From Haliotis cracherodii (lineage: Eukaryota), in contig NW_027266330.1 in NCBI RefSeq assembly GCF_022045235.1, positions 22,196,001 through 22,260,000 on the forward strand: DNA of 64,000 bases. Direction: 5' to 3'. The notes beneath the pieces were generated by a model. The model searched no databases. It saw only the letters and a program-made list of their open reading frames with translations, and was not told the origin of the DNA. The position numbers and the translations under genes are program-made. This document shows, one piece after another, positions 24,172 through 36,941 of the stretch. Position 1 is the first letter of the stretch. Each line of letters starts with the position of its first letter.

Positions 24172-27100
24172 ATGTCACTTCTTGCAGGCGAAAAGCTTAA
24201 ACACATTGGTGAAAAACGTAAAGATGAAGAGGGGGAAATTGGACAAGTCAAGTAGGAACTATAGTATAGTATCTCTCTTATCTTAATGGTGACTACTTTA
24301 ATTACAGTAGAATCTGTGAGTGTTTGAGTTGGCATTTATCATCATCATCATCATCATCATCGTCGTCGTCGTCGTCATCACCACCACCACCACCACCATC
24401 ATTCGCCTCCTCCTCCTTATCAAAACATCAACATGTTATAAAGCAGATTTAATCGGTTTTCTTCTTCTTCAGGACAAGAAAATTTGAACCCCAAAACTAT
24501 GTATTGGCCCCATATGAGCTCAAGGTACGTTGTGTCCGCTTTTATATTCCAATCATAAAACCATTCACACCATAATAGTGAGCTTAGTCATATCAGTCGT
24601 TTTACATATTGAATAATGTTGTTGTGACCAAGGTTTAGTGGGACTGAAGGTGTGAATGTTTATTTTGTTGTTTACAACAATGTTGTATGTTATTTATATA
24701 CAGTGGCTGATACATACAACAAATGCTTTAATCATGTTACAAAAACATACACACATACACGTACATGCACACATATATTCGCGGAGAATGATTAATTTGA
24801 CTTTTTTCAGACTACCATCTGCCAAGAACAAAAGCACAAATTCGATATTCAAACAAAGGACTTTTTTCTACCATCACTACAACAGATGGGACACAGTATC
24901 AAAGACATACAAGAGTTCTACTGCCCTGGTGGTACGTTCTTTTTCTTCCATTTTCTACTACAAAATAATATTAGATCCGTAAAGATCCCGGGTAGAATAG
25001 ATTTTCAGCTACCCATGCTTGCCATAAATGCAATATTTTTCAAAAAAATTGTTTTAAGGGAAAAAAACCCAGTTGCGCTTCATGTGCGCTGCCCGGTTAC
25101 ACTTCATGGCAGGAATCAATACATCACTTAAAAGGATATGACGTGAACGGTGACGTCATCCATGTTAGCTTTCTGATTAACGCGATTCTCAGCTTGGATA
25201 GCCGCCCGCTCCAGACGTGTTTTGCCCTGTCTCATTTTAGCAACTTAAAACCACCTCCTCCCAAGCCTCCTCCTCTCTACTGATAAAAGGCAACTATGCT
25301 TGTCGTTAGAGGCGACTTACGGGATCGGCTGGTCAGGCTTCCTGACTTGGTTGATGCATGTCATCGTATCCCAATTGCGTGAATCGATGCTCATGATGTC
25401 AATCACTGGGTCGTCTGGTCAAGACTCGATTATTTACAGACCGCTGTCATATAGCTGGGATACTGCTGAGTGTGGAGTTAAACAACAAAAAAAACAAACA
25501 AATCTCATCATATTATTTTTGGGTTCTAAAGTACACGCAATCTCAAGATTGCAACATTTACGGTAAGAAATCAATATATATATATATCTCCAGATGTTTT
25601 ACATTATTATGCCATTCTGGCATGTCCCTCGACACAGACAAATATATAGAGCTACTGTATTTGATATAAATGCCACACACTGAGCCATAGTTACGCATGC
25701 GAATGCTGTTGTAAACTAGTTATATCATTATCATTAATGATTTATACTTACAGGTAAACTAAATGTTGTGCCTCAAAACCTACCCCTGAAACTCAAAAGG
25801 ATTACTGAGAAACTTCAACATTTGCTTCAAAAAGGAAAATATTCTATCATGTCACAAAACAGTTTACTGAAAGAAACTGCTGGCCCAACACTTCATCAAG
25901 GAACAGATGGCTTCGTCTTTATTGCACAAACATTGTGTTTTCCCTTAAATATTGCGTGCAGTGAATTACCATCTGATATTCACTGCGATATTGTACTGAT
26001 GTTACCTTCTCAACCAGCATTTGTACTGACTTTAGTGGAAAAGGACACACCAGAAGCAAGGAAATACAACGTCAGTGTTGCTAGAGGGGTGACAACCTCC
26101 CTCAATAAGTTCATTGATGATGACTTTTCAGCAGTGTTTGGCGTCGTGTGCATGTCTCATCTAGACTCCAGAGACACATTCCAGTCCCATTTAAAGACAC
26201 TTGTAGAATCATGTAGCAAGTTTGTTACGCTTGAATCCCTTTATATGCCAAAAAGGAAATATTTTAAACTCATCACTTCCTTTTGGGCTGCGGTTGCAAA
26301 GGTAGAGCCTGGAGATCAGTTTCCCGACACTAACGTGATTAATTTCTTAACAAGAGAACAGTGCACAGCGTTGGTAGAAAATATGAATTGCAACTATGTT
26401 TTTGTGTCAACACTTCCAAAAAGTGGTGGGACTACTCTGATGTTGGAAGTGGCCAGAAGACTTCAGAATTTTCTACCAACGCATCTCATTGTCAAATCAG
26501 AGAACGACATTTCCAAATACAGGTTAGCAGATCATTTCTCTTTTCACAGTAATGTTAAAACGAATGTACTTTTTATAGTCATTATCATGTGTGTCTGGGT
26601 GTGAGTGTGTGGGAGGTGTGTGTACGTGCGATGCGTTCGTGCGCACGTGCGTGATCGTATGTGTGTGTCTCGTTGTATGTCTAAGTGTTCGCCTCTCTCT
26701 CTCAACTTACATCTTACTTGACTTTAGGAAATGCAACTCACGTGGAATTATCCAGTCTTATGAATAATAATGTCATTTTGTTACTTTTAAAAATCAATTC
26801 TTCCCCATGACTAACAACAAACTAACATGTTTTCATGTACCTTGACAACTGAATCTTGTCACAACGAAAGAGTATTTGTGTGAGGAATGTGTATTGAACA
26901 AAGTGACTTTCCACGTAATCACCATCAAATTAGCATCAAATGTGAACACACTTATTTAGTTTCAGAGGAGATTACCAATTGTGTGAAGAACAAACAGTTG
27001 ATGAACTGACTTATTAATAGCTGTGTGTATTATATTTGCAAGTGTTTTGACATTTCATTAAACGTCAAGACAACCCTTTTCAACAAAAAAGAAAGTTTGG

Positions 27101-30100
27101 TGAGAACTATTGGGTTTTAATACTGCTCCTCATATAGTAGATTTGTTTCAGAAATCTATGTGAGAGGGTTTCAACGACCTTGCAGCCTGAATGTCCTGCA
27201 AATATGACACTGGAATGGAACAGCAGCATACGTAGATGCGAGACAGCAGTTGTCGCAGAAACAATTCTGCCTTTCTACGAGGGCCAAGACCAAACCATGA
27301 AAATCATATGGACCTTCTGTTCAGGTATATTTAAAAAAAATATTTCGCAGAATTAAGAGCTGTATCAGGCTGATTGAGAAGTCTTTGTAGAAAACAAAAC
27401 AAATGTTCCAAAAATTAACCATGTTCTTCAGATTAACAAAAATACAAACTTGAAACAAAGGGATCATTTTGCATAAAATTATGCCTCATCACATTGTGTC
27501 ATATCTTAAACGATTGACTGATAGCTAATTTCACAACTGTGGCATGTTAAAGTTTAAGGAAAGCAGTAGCACCTGCATTTGCCATGCACTGTGATTGCAA
27601 ACTTCAAATAGAAAATGTGTGCTCAAGCATTGCCTATATAGATATATCACATCTGGAATATTTATGATGGTCTCTTTCTACATACCACAGAGTTCTTCAG
27701 ACCACGAATTATGGATGACATACTTGCCCTCTTTGAATCACATCGGCATGTACTTCTTGTCGGATCAGCAGGAGAAGGAAAGACAGTCATAGGCATTCTT
27801 CTTCTGGAACACTACAGATCAAAAGGAATACGAGTAGTACATGCGACCAGTGCCGTGGAAATGAAAAGCGCTATTCAAAACTCTGAAGAAACGTTTATCC
27901 TTTGTGATGACGTGTTTGGGAGGTTCAGGTGCACATTTACGTTAACACCCGATTTGGAAAACATATTCAGTCGGCTTCAAACTAAGACAAACATTAAAAC
28001 GTTATTCACTAGCAGGTGTGATGTTTACGCAGACGCACTTCCGCGTTTAGGGAAGCTTCAGTCACATTTTGCAGGTTCCAGAGAAGTGAATCTTACCGAG
28101 AAAACTCTGACAAGTGAGAAGACCAAAATGTTAGACAGATACTTAGAAGCCACAAACAGGCATATTTCTGATGCTGAAAAACACAGCATAATCTGGAAGC
28201 GAAATATTCATGGATTTGCACACTCATGTCAGTTGTTCGTCACTTTAGGAAAGGAAAACACAAACGCCGAACAGTTCTTTGACAATCCGTTGTATTTTGC
28301 TGGAGAAAGAATTCAACATCTTTTGAAGAATTCGATCATGAAGTGCCTCCTCTATCTCTTAACAGCATTCAAAGGCACACTTGATTTGAAAGATCCTACC
28401 ATTGATTCAAATGAAAAAAGACACATGGTAATGAGTTATGTCAGTTACAGAGAAACATCTATGTCTGAGGTTCTTACCGCTGCCGCAGAGGAACCATACT
28501 TGTTTACAACAGAAGGTTGTGTAAAGTTTTCTCATCCATCCTTTCTTGAAGTAACGTCAAACATCATAGCAGAATCTGACACTGAATTCATCATAAAGTA
28601 TGGACCCCTTGAACTATTTGAAAAGGCAAGAAATATGAGAGAACAAAAGTACAGCATCAGTTTGTCTGAAGACAGTCATTTCATCAAACTAGCAGAACGG
28701 TTTTCACAGGAAATAAAACTTGGTTTATTTGAAAGCTGCTGCCCACATCAACTGCTACAAAGTCAAAGCTTTGTTGATCAAGTTATGTGTCAACTTCCCA
28801 CATCCACAGATGACTTAGCTGTCGAGAAACTATTGTACTGGGCATCTAGCAATGGTTCAGATGTGATGATGAAAGCGTTGTTGCAGAAGTACCCAATGAC
28901 ACGGGAAATGTATCACCATGCAGTTGTGGGCTGCAGCAGATGGGGCAATCATTCTGCACTGGAGTTCATTGTTACCAGTTTAAAACTGACTTCTCGGGAC
29001 ATTGGGGAAATCACTGAAGAAGGGTTGCCATGCCTAATTATAGCAGCCAATCAGAATCACATTGAAGTGTGTAAAGTTCTGATCAAACACCAAGTGGATG
29101 TATACACCACAGATCCACGCATGGGGGCAAATGCACTTCATTGGGCTGCTGCAGCTGGTCACCTTGAGGTTGTGAATCTGCTGTCAAACCACATATCAAT
29201 TGAACGTGAAAGCAATGGGGGAGTTACGCCTTTGTTTGTGGCTGCAGAAAATGGGCACATGAAAGTATTTAAACTTTTACTTGAGAAGGGTGCTGCTATG
29301 AATACACAAATTAAAAGCAGAATTGTGTCATTAACAAATCCAAGAAATGAAGGCCGTGCATTAGTTAAGCAGCTTAATGTATCAGATGAAGGTTTTACTC
29401 CTCTTCATGTGGCAAGTTATGAAGGACAATATGACATTGTAAACCTCCTGATAACTGAAGGAGCTGACGTCAACTTGAAGGCTGAATTGGGACCTCCTGT
29501 AGCTTTTGCTGCAAAAGCAAATGAATCGTGTATCTTTCGTCTGTTCCTAAACGATGTGAGAGTAGATTTCAGTGACGTTATCACTGCAGCATATGAATAT
29601 GGCCGTACTGAAATGCTGAAAGAGGTTGTTCTCCATAAACGGTCACAAGCTAGCGCTATTGCAATAGCAACCTTGCAGGGAGATCTGGAGACTGTGAAGC
29701 ATTTGCTTGAGGAAAATGAAAAAAGTTTAACTTCAAATGTCGAAGGATATACACTTCTCCATCTAGCAGCAACTTTAAGCCATGAAGACATTGTGGACGA
29801 GCTCCTACAAAGAAGGATCGAAGTGAACAAATCTTCTGAAGGTGGATTCACAGCTTTACATGGGGCATCTATTACTGGCGCATCTTCAGTCGTTGAAAAG
29901 CTCATCAATAGGGGAGCAGATGTTGCCCGACTTGCCAATGGTTTCAGTCCTCTTCACTTTGCATCAATGTATGGACAGACAAATGTAGCAAGGGTTTTGA
30001 TACAACATCAAGCAGATATCCAGATGAAAGGTTATCATCAGTGGAGCCCACTTCATGTGGCAAGTATCCACAACCAACCCGACATTGTGCTGCTTTTACT

Positions 30101-30698
30101 GGAACACAATGCTGACATAGAAGCTTTGTCAGAAGACCTGTCAACACCCCTTGTATTTGCTACATATTTGAACAATATGAACATAGCTGATATATTGTTA
30201 GCTCATGGGGCTGACTTACATCCAAGAGGCATGTCATATCACCCTCTTCTAGGTATTGCTCTCCTGGGGCATCCTGAGGCTGCGAACAATTTATTTCAGA
30301 GAGGTGCAAGGGTAGATCATGTAAGTGCAGTTGGAGTAAGCGCCTTACATGGAGCTGCCTACATGGGGGCAATGGATGTCCTAAAATGTCTTCTTGAGAA
30401 TCATGCAAATCCAAACCTGAAACTGTTCGAAGGGATATCACCAAAGGAGAAATCTATCATAACAAAGCATGTGGAGAAATGGTGCAAAAGCACACCTGGA
30501 AAGGATATCAATTTGAGAAGATATGATGGTGGATCTGCGCTCCATGTGGCTGTCGATATGGGTTACACCGACATGGTACGACTTTTGTTAAAATCAGACG
30601 CTGATCGCAATCTCAGGAACTTGAAAAATGAAACTGCTGTGGATATTGCGAGAGAGAAGGAGTTCAGTGACATTGTGAGACTCTTAGAATCGTCCTAG
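24172..30698 (+). CDS. Gene B: Schlafen-linker/pseudo-helicase + STAND-like NTPase + ankyrin repeats (~1400 aa); exons 24172-24251, 24473-24524, 24811-24931, 25754-26522, 27152-27324, 27691-30698
   Basis: All introns GT-AG with consistent phases (2,0,1,2,1); total 4203 nt, open. HCDIVLMLPSQPAFVLTL...ARKY resembles the Schlafen linker; NFLTREQ...VFVSTLPKSGGTTLM resembles the Schlafen helicase Walker A region; LLVGSAGEGKT and FILCDDVFG are Walker A/B of an nSTAND3-like NTPase; many GxTPLHxA ankyrin repeats. Same exon structure in the second copy. Confidence 0.88.
24338..24420. repeat. Compound trinucleotide microsatellite (CAT)n(CGT)n(CAC)n in intron 1 of gene B
   Basis: Visible directly. Confidence 0.9.
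24976..25500 (+). mobile_element. SINE family 2 copy split by an unrelated ~250 bp insertion, in intron 3 of gene B
   Basis: Head at 24976-25026 and remainder at about 25281-25500; absent from the second gene copy. Confidence 0.75.
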
Positions 30699-31213
30699 AG
30701 TAACTGTGACTGCCATCAAATGAATAATGGATAAAGCAACATTAGCACTGGCCAACTGAACATAAAGCTGTCATGATATTTGGCAGCTCTGCTTTCAGAA
30801 TCGATGAGCAAAAGTGACACATTCAATGTAACTAGCTGGTGTTTTAATGACTGATAAAAAGCTGCCTTTATATGTTGCAGCATTGCTTTAAGAATCCACC
30901 AGCCTAGGTTACACAGTCAATACACAAATAGGTAGAGTTTTACCATGGGTAAATTATTTGTGACAAGGTGGTATGCCATTTGTACAGTTGAGTATATTAT
31001 AAACTCTTATCCTGTAAATATATAAACATATTTCTGTTTCCCACCATGTTGTAATTTTACAGGCCTCATTCAATTGTAACTGCTTAAGCCAGACATATCC
31101 TGTCATGTAAAGTATTTCAAAGTGTAATGAAAGATGTGACCACTGTACATCATCATAGGTACATACGTTCGTGGGGTTGCCACTTTTCATGTCAGGATAC
31201 TTTTAATCTTATA

Positions 31214-31367
31214 TGGGGCGGTTGGGTAGCCTAGTGGTTAAAGCGTTCGCTCGTCACAGCGAAGACTCGACAAAGGTACAATGTTTGAAGCCAATTTCTG
31301 GTGTTCCCCGCCGTGATATTGCTGGAATATTGCTAAAAGCGGTGTACGACCATACGCACTCTCTCAC
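31214..31367 (+). mobile_element. SINE family 3 copy
   Basis: GGGGCGGTTGGGTAGCCTAGTGGTTAAAGCG head; flanking direct repeat TTTAATCTTATAT. Confidence 0.85.
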
Positions 31368-31746
31368 TTTAATCTTATATGTTGGTGTACTGTTATTTGT
31401 ATCGAAGGTGAGTCTCCTCCTCTGGATCGAGATTGAGTGAAGTCACATTCGTAATGCTGACACAAGAACATGAAAGAAAAATTAAAGTAAAGAAGTTATC
31501 TTATGACAAAAGCACAGCTTTCATGTTTAGAAATGTTACAGCAACGTCACACGTGAGACACCAAATGGGAAACATGTTTTATCAATGAAGGGATTTTGTT
31601 TCTTTTTCTCTTTTTTAAAAAAAATAGATTTTATTCCATTTCCAAGTACATGTTATCACATATATGTAGCGGGCAAGTACATTTACAATCGAGGTAAAAG
31701 CCATAATAAAATACTATTAATTGAAGACATGTATACATTGTTTGGG

Positions 31747-32003
31747 TGAGTGAGTGAGTTTGGTTTAACACCGCTTTTAACAGTATTCCACTAATATCGC
31801 GGCGTGTCAGCTTAATGTAGGAGGAAAGCCCGAAGTGATGCAGGTCTCAGACGTTGAACACTTATGTGAAACCCACGAGCACGGGTATGGTGTTGACAAA
31901 CCTAGAAACATAATCGGGTCGAACCGGGATTCGAACCCACAATCATTGGTTTCTGGCGTGTCCAAGGGACGCAACTCTGCACAGACTGGGCCACCCGTGC
32001 CCC
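31747..32003 (-). mobile_element. SINE family 1 copy
   Basis: Matches family consensus. Confidence 0.9.
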
Positions 32004-32033
32004 CACACATTGTTTGAAGTAGAGAGTGATTGC

Positions 32034-32228
32034 AAAGGCGACTAACGGTATCGGGTGGTCAGGCTCGCTGACTTGGTTGATACGTGTCATCGATCCCAAT
32101 TGCGTGGATCGATGCTCATGATACCAATCAATGGATTGTCTTGTCAAGATTCGATTATTTACAGACCGCCGTCATATAGCTGGAATATTGCTGAGTGTGG
32201 CGTTAAACAACAAAGCAACCAACCAGCC
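32034..32228 (+). mobile_element. SINE family 2, 5'-truncated
   Basis: Core plus GCTGGAATATTGCTGAGTGTGGCGTTAAAC(AACC)n tail. Confidence 0.85.
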
Positions 32229-32565
32229 AAAGCTTATGAATATTAGCTAGTGTACAGTTTATGCTTGAGATACTAGTCATTGAAGGACTCACCACTTTCC
32301 ACCTTCAGATTGTCGATTAGATCATCAAGGACGATCTTTTTTTCCACATTGAGGTCACATTTCCTCATGACTGACGAGCGAAATTTCAATGTTCTCCATT
32401 CATGCCAGGCACACATTTGACGTTTACAATACTAAAATCTGCAATATCTAAGCGATATAAGTATGTCCATAGGATGTACATCGAAACGTTGCTAAATGCA
32501 ATAAGTAGTTATCCATAAGGTTGTACGTATCCGGGTTACAATAAAACTATATTTATTATATTTTG

Positions 32566-32803
32566 TTTATTTGTTTGTTCTTTAACACAGCACTCAGCAA
32601 TATTCCAGCTTTATGATAGGTATACCAGACGATCCAGTGATCAAGAGCATCAATCCACGCAATTGGGATCGATGACATGCATCAACCAAGTCAGTGAGCC
32701 TGATCACCCGATCCCGTTAGTCGCATCTTAAGACAAGCACAGTCACCTGTTACGGAAAGCATTTGTTGTTGAAGACCTATTATACCCCGGAGCTTCACGG
32801 GTC
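32566..32803 (-). mobile_element. SINE family 2 copy
   Basis: Reverse-strand match from GACCCGTGAAG head to tail. Confidence 0.85.
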
Positions 32804-33259
32804 TTATTTATTATTTATGGGTACTAAGTTACTTCAGCCCGTCATGGTTACAATGCCCCTGGTTTTAATGCCATGCCTTTCTCAAAACGTATTTCCGCAG
32901 TAACCTTTCCTGGTGACAAATGTCACCCTTGTCATAATGCCAATGCCAAGAGTTTTCAGACCAAATGTTTCAATTATCTGGATATAATTCTAATTTCTTT
33001 TTTTATAATTTTCACAACCAATTGGCAATGAAGTCATTCTTTTGCTGATAATTCCCGTTGCTAATACCCACTTGTTGCAATGTTCTCAGGTTTTTTTCAC
33101 GGTCAATCCTCACACGGTCTAATCCCTAAGCAGTTGTCACATGTTTAAATTCATTTCCTGCCACCTGCATCAAGGCACCTAGTATCTACAGCCTTTGATG
33201 CTGTTATCTGTCAATCGTCCCAAGTACCTATACCGTAAACTCAGGCTTTATCATCTGAC

Positions 33260-33513
33260 AGGGTACACGGGTGTACCTGTCGTCTAAGACGCCGCGATTC
33301 GCTGTGCAGAGTTGCGCTCTTGGGCACGCCAGAATCCCGGTTCGCCCTGATTATGTGTCTAGGTTTGTCAGCACCATGCCCGTGCTCGTTGGTTTCACCG
33401 AAGAGGAAAACGTCTGAGACCTGCATCAGTTCGGGCTTTCTTCCACATTAAGATGACACGCCGTTATATAACTGTAATCATTTTAAAAGCGGCGTTAAAC
33501 CCAACTCACTCAC
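33260..33513 (+). mobile_element. SINE family 1 copy
   Basis: Flanked by direct repeat TCATCTGACAG. Confidence 0.88.
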
Positions 33514-33849
33514 TCATCTGACAGACTGCATTGACAATATCCTGACCAATATGAAGTTGATGCCATATTGCCTACGTGAAAACGCTATATCATGGAGGCG
33601 TCTTGAGGCACAAGCGAGGCCTTCTCAGTAGCGATCATACTTGATTGACATACGACACAATTATCAGCGGACTCACGTAACGTATTTAATCTTCCATATA
33701 TCATGCCAGTAAGGTCTGGTTTTCACCTGTCTGGTTATAATGCTACTCCGGTTATTATGCATAGTTCCAAATGAGAACAACGGTCTCACCCAAAAGGATA
33801 TGCAAAGGAATTGGGACATATTCTTATTGAGTGATTAAAGTCTAAATCT

Positions 33850-34652
33850 TTGTAGGGATAAGTTATATGGATGAACAGTTGCTTTATTATATTTGAGAGC
33901 GACGTTTCGGTGTACAAAGTGCAAGTGATGTGATTGGGGTGTATTCAGAATAAAGTGGAGAAGCCTGTTCTGTACACAAGGCGGGTGATATAGTATAAAC
34001 AAAATTAGTATAACTGATTGGAGCCTTAGGTGCGTTTATGTACGGAGGGTTGGTTGGTTGGTTGGTTGTTTTACGCCGCACTCAGCAATATTCCAGCTAT
34101 ATGACGGCGGTCTGTAAATAATCGAGTCTGCAGCAGACAATCCAGTGATTGATATCATGAACATCGATCCACGAAATTGCGATCGATGACATGCATCAAC
34201 CAAGTCAGCGAGCCTGACCACCCGATCCCGTTAGTCGCCTCTTACGACAAGCATAGTCGCCTTTTACGGCAAGCATAGCCTTGATCACTGTTTTTATTAT
34301 TGATTGATGTTGATTACCTCTTGCTGTTTTTGAAGTTTGTAAGGTTGCTTGGAATGGTTTTGATTTATCCCACTGGATGTTGTTGATGGGTTGTCACGGA
34401 TGTTGTCTGATAGAGCTGACTTGGAGTTAACTTTGGAAACTCATCTTAGATGTTTGTTTAACATTATGATCTCGTCTTGCTAGGGTTGAGATGATTCCTA
34501 TCTTGACTTGAGATGGATGGTTAGGGACAGTGTTCTGTGTGGGTTAGTTTGTGGTAAACCGTCGTCTGAAGCTTGTCGATATTGGTTTCTCTACAAGTAC
34601 CTCAAGGATGGGTAGTTGTCGATTAGATTCTTCTTCCATGGTGAACTGCCAC
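33850..34652 (-). mobile_element. Decayed Penelope-like retroelement (RT C-terminus, GIY-YIG remnant, 3' pLTR), interrupted by a family 2 SINE at about 34049-34280
   Basis: Minus-strand QFTMEEESNRQLPILEVLVE, TVYHKLTHTEH, NHPSQVKIGIISTLARR and IQWDK; terminal CCGAAACGTCGC followed by AATAAA. Confidence 0.75.
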
Positions 34653-36063
34653 ACTGCCAGAGTGAGGCACCTAATCGCCAGCACACAAAGTCAGCGATCT
34701 AACCCACTCAGCCACATAGGCTTCCACAAAAATGGAAGTCCGACAACTGTAGTCTAGACCACGTACTTTGAGTACCCCTCTGACAAGTGTAAATTGGCAC
34801 GGCTCTCATGACCGAAAGCGGGACTCAACCCCCCAAAACGTACGAGAATCTGTACTTTACTAAGAACGTGTTATCCTAAATATAACATTTGTTACATTAA
34901 TTTTGAACACTTTCTAAATGGCATTGTGTATTCATATAGCTTGGATGTTGCTGAGTGCAGCGGTAAGCAACAAATAACTAGCTTTATATATACTATACTG
35001 GTATACTAGTATGGTTGTCGTGGTCGGCATATCGACCTTGTTTTTTTCCTTATCGCAGCTGCCGCATGCAACTATAGCAACATATTTAGAGTTTGATCGC
35101 ATTTATGGTAGATAGTCAATAGTCGCAACACACCTTATGGTCCAGATTACTGTAACACACGATGTTTTTCATATTTCATGTGGTTTACATTCGTGTGCTT
35201 TACTTTTTTGTTCAAGAGCTACACGTATGAGTATTAACAGCATTGTGCAAAAAAAATGTGATTATTGAAGACATGTCTTGAGTATAAATGGAGGCTATGA
35301 TATATGGCTGGAGGCTATGATATATGGCCTGTGCCTTTTTTCACTGCTGAACTGATACATTGTCTGATTAGGGTACTCTTTAACTGCTACAAAGTGTCAT
35401 ACACATCATATGTTTTAAGTTTACATATACTCACACGCAAAAGAAACGCAAGTGGTTTTAAGCAAATAGAGAACAAACGCGGAACCATAAATTGATACGA
35501 GTTTTAGCATGTAGTGAAGCCTGATAGTGTTATCAATATTTTTGGTTGCATTTTTGAAGCCCCGAGTAAAACCGCAACATAAAAAACGAACCGCAAAAAA
35601 ACAAATCATTTCAATGAGTATGGGTATCATGCACCCATTTCGAAAATGCACGAACTGTAGTGGGTATAAAACTGTGGCCGATTCTTGGACCTACCTCTCC
35701 TTGGTCAACAATGCCACGCCTAACTCAAATATTCATTCTCCATATCACACGGTCATGCGTGAGTAGTGTACAGTATGGACGGGATTAGCAAACAACCAAA
35801 TCACTGTTTATAGAAACACTTCTCCATATAATTTGAAATAACATAATACAAAGAAGGAAAATAAAATAAAATGAAAATAACAAGAAATATGATGTCCGTT
35901 TATTATTCCACATATGGCACTAATAATAAATATAATACACTAATTAACATGCGCTTATCACACACTCACTACTCATACATGATACTGTGACTAACAGTGA
36001 AATCAACAGTTAGCAGCAGCGTTCAAGAGGCAACGTGGCCTGTGACACAGGATATGTAAATAA

Positions 36064-36308
36064 GGGGGCACGGGTGGCCAAGTCGCCGCGATTCGCTTTG
36101 CAGAGTTGCGTCCCTTGGACACGCCAGAAACCTATGATTGTGGGTTCGAATCCGGTTTGACCCGATTATGTGTCTAGGTTCGTCAGCACCTAGTAAACGT
36201 CTGAGACCTGCATCACTTCGCGCTTCCCTCACACATTAAGCTGACACGCCACGATATGACTGGAACACTGTTAAAAGCGGCGTTAAACCCAACTCACTCA
36301 CTCACTCA
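36064..36308 (+). mobile_element. SINE family 1 copy
   Basis: GGGGGCACGGGTGGCC head and (ACTC)n tail. Confidence 0.88.
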
Positions 36309-36941
36309 CGAATATGCATAATAATTATGTAGTATCCAGTTAACTGATCAAATCAAAACTCCAACATTGTGTTAAGAACACATACATCTAATCTCCAAGC
36401 AAACACCACCTTATTTACCTGCCCCCCTCGTGTCTTACATGGGTAAATTAAAATAACATATAGTTTATTACAGTGTCAAATATTGGACATAATAAAAATA
36501 CATAACATGCTATTTAAGCATGCATGCTATGTAAGGAAAACTACGACGACGTATACATATAAACGTGGTGTCATACAAACATAATACCACATTTACAGAA
36601 ATCTACTACATATGATAAGATTAAAAGTATCTTAACATGATAGTGTCAACGTACACAGCCGTAAGTACGTATGATTATCTACAGTGGTGACATCATTCAT
36701 ACACCTTGAAATGCTTTAAATGACCTGATGTTTCACAATTGAAAGAGAAGTTTAAAATTACAACGTTTTGGGAAATAGAAAGATAGTTATCAATTTACAG
36801 GATAAGAGTTTATAATATTCTCCACAGTACAATTGGCATAACACCAAGTCATAAAGTTAAACATCATGACCGCTTTATGCTCAAGTGGCCAGTGCTAACG
36901 TTGCTTTATCCATTATTCATTTGATGGCAGTCACAGTTAGT

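Noticed and set aside
29417-30444. Antisense ORFs conserved in both arms
   Set aside because: Shadows of the ankyrin coding strand; their stops differ between copies.
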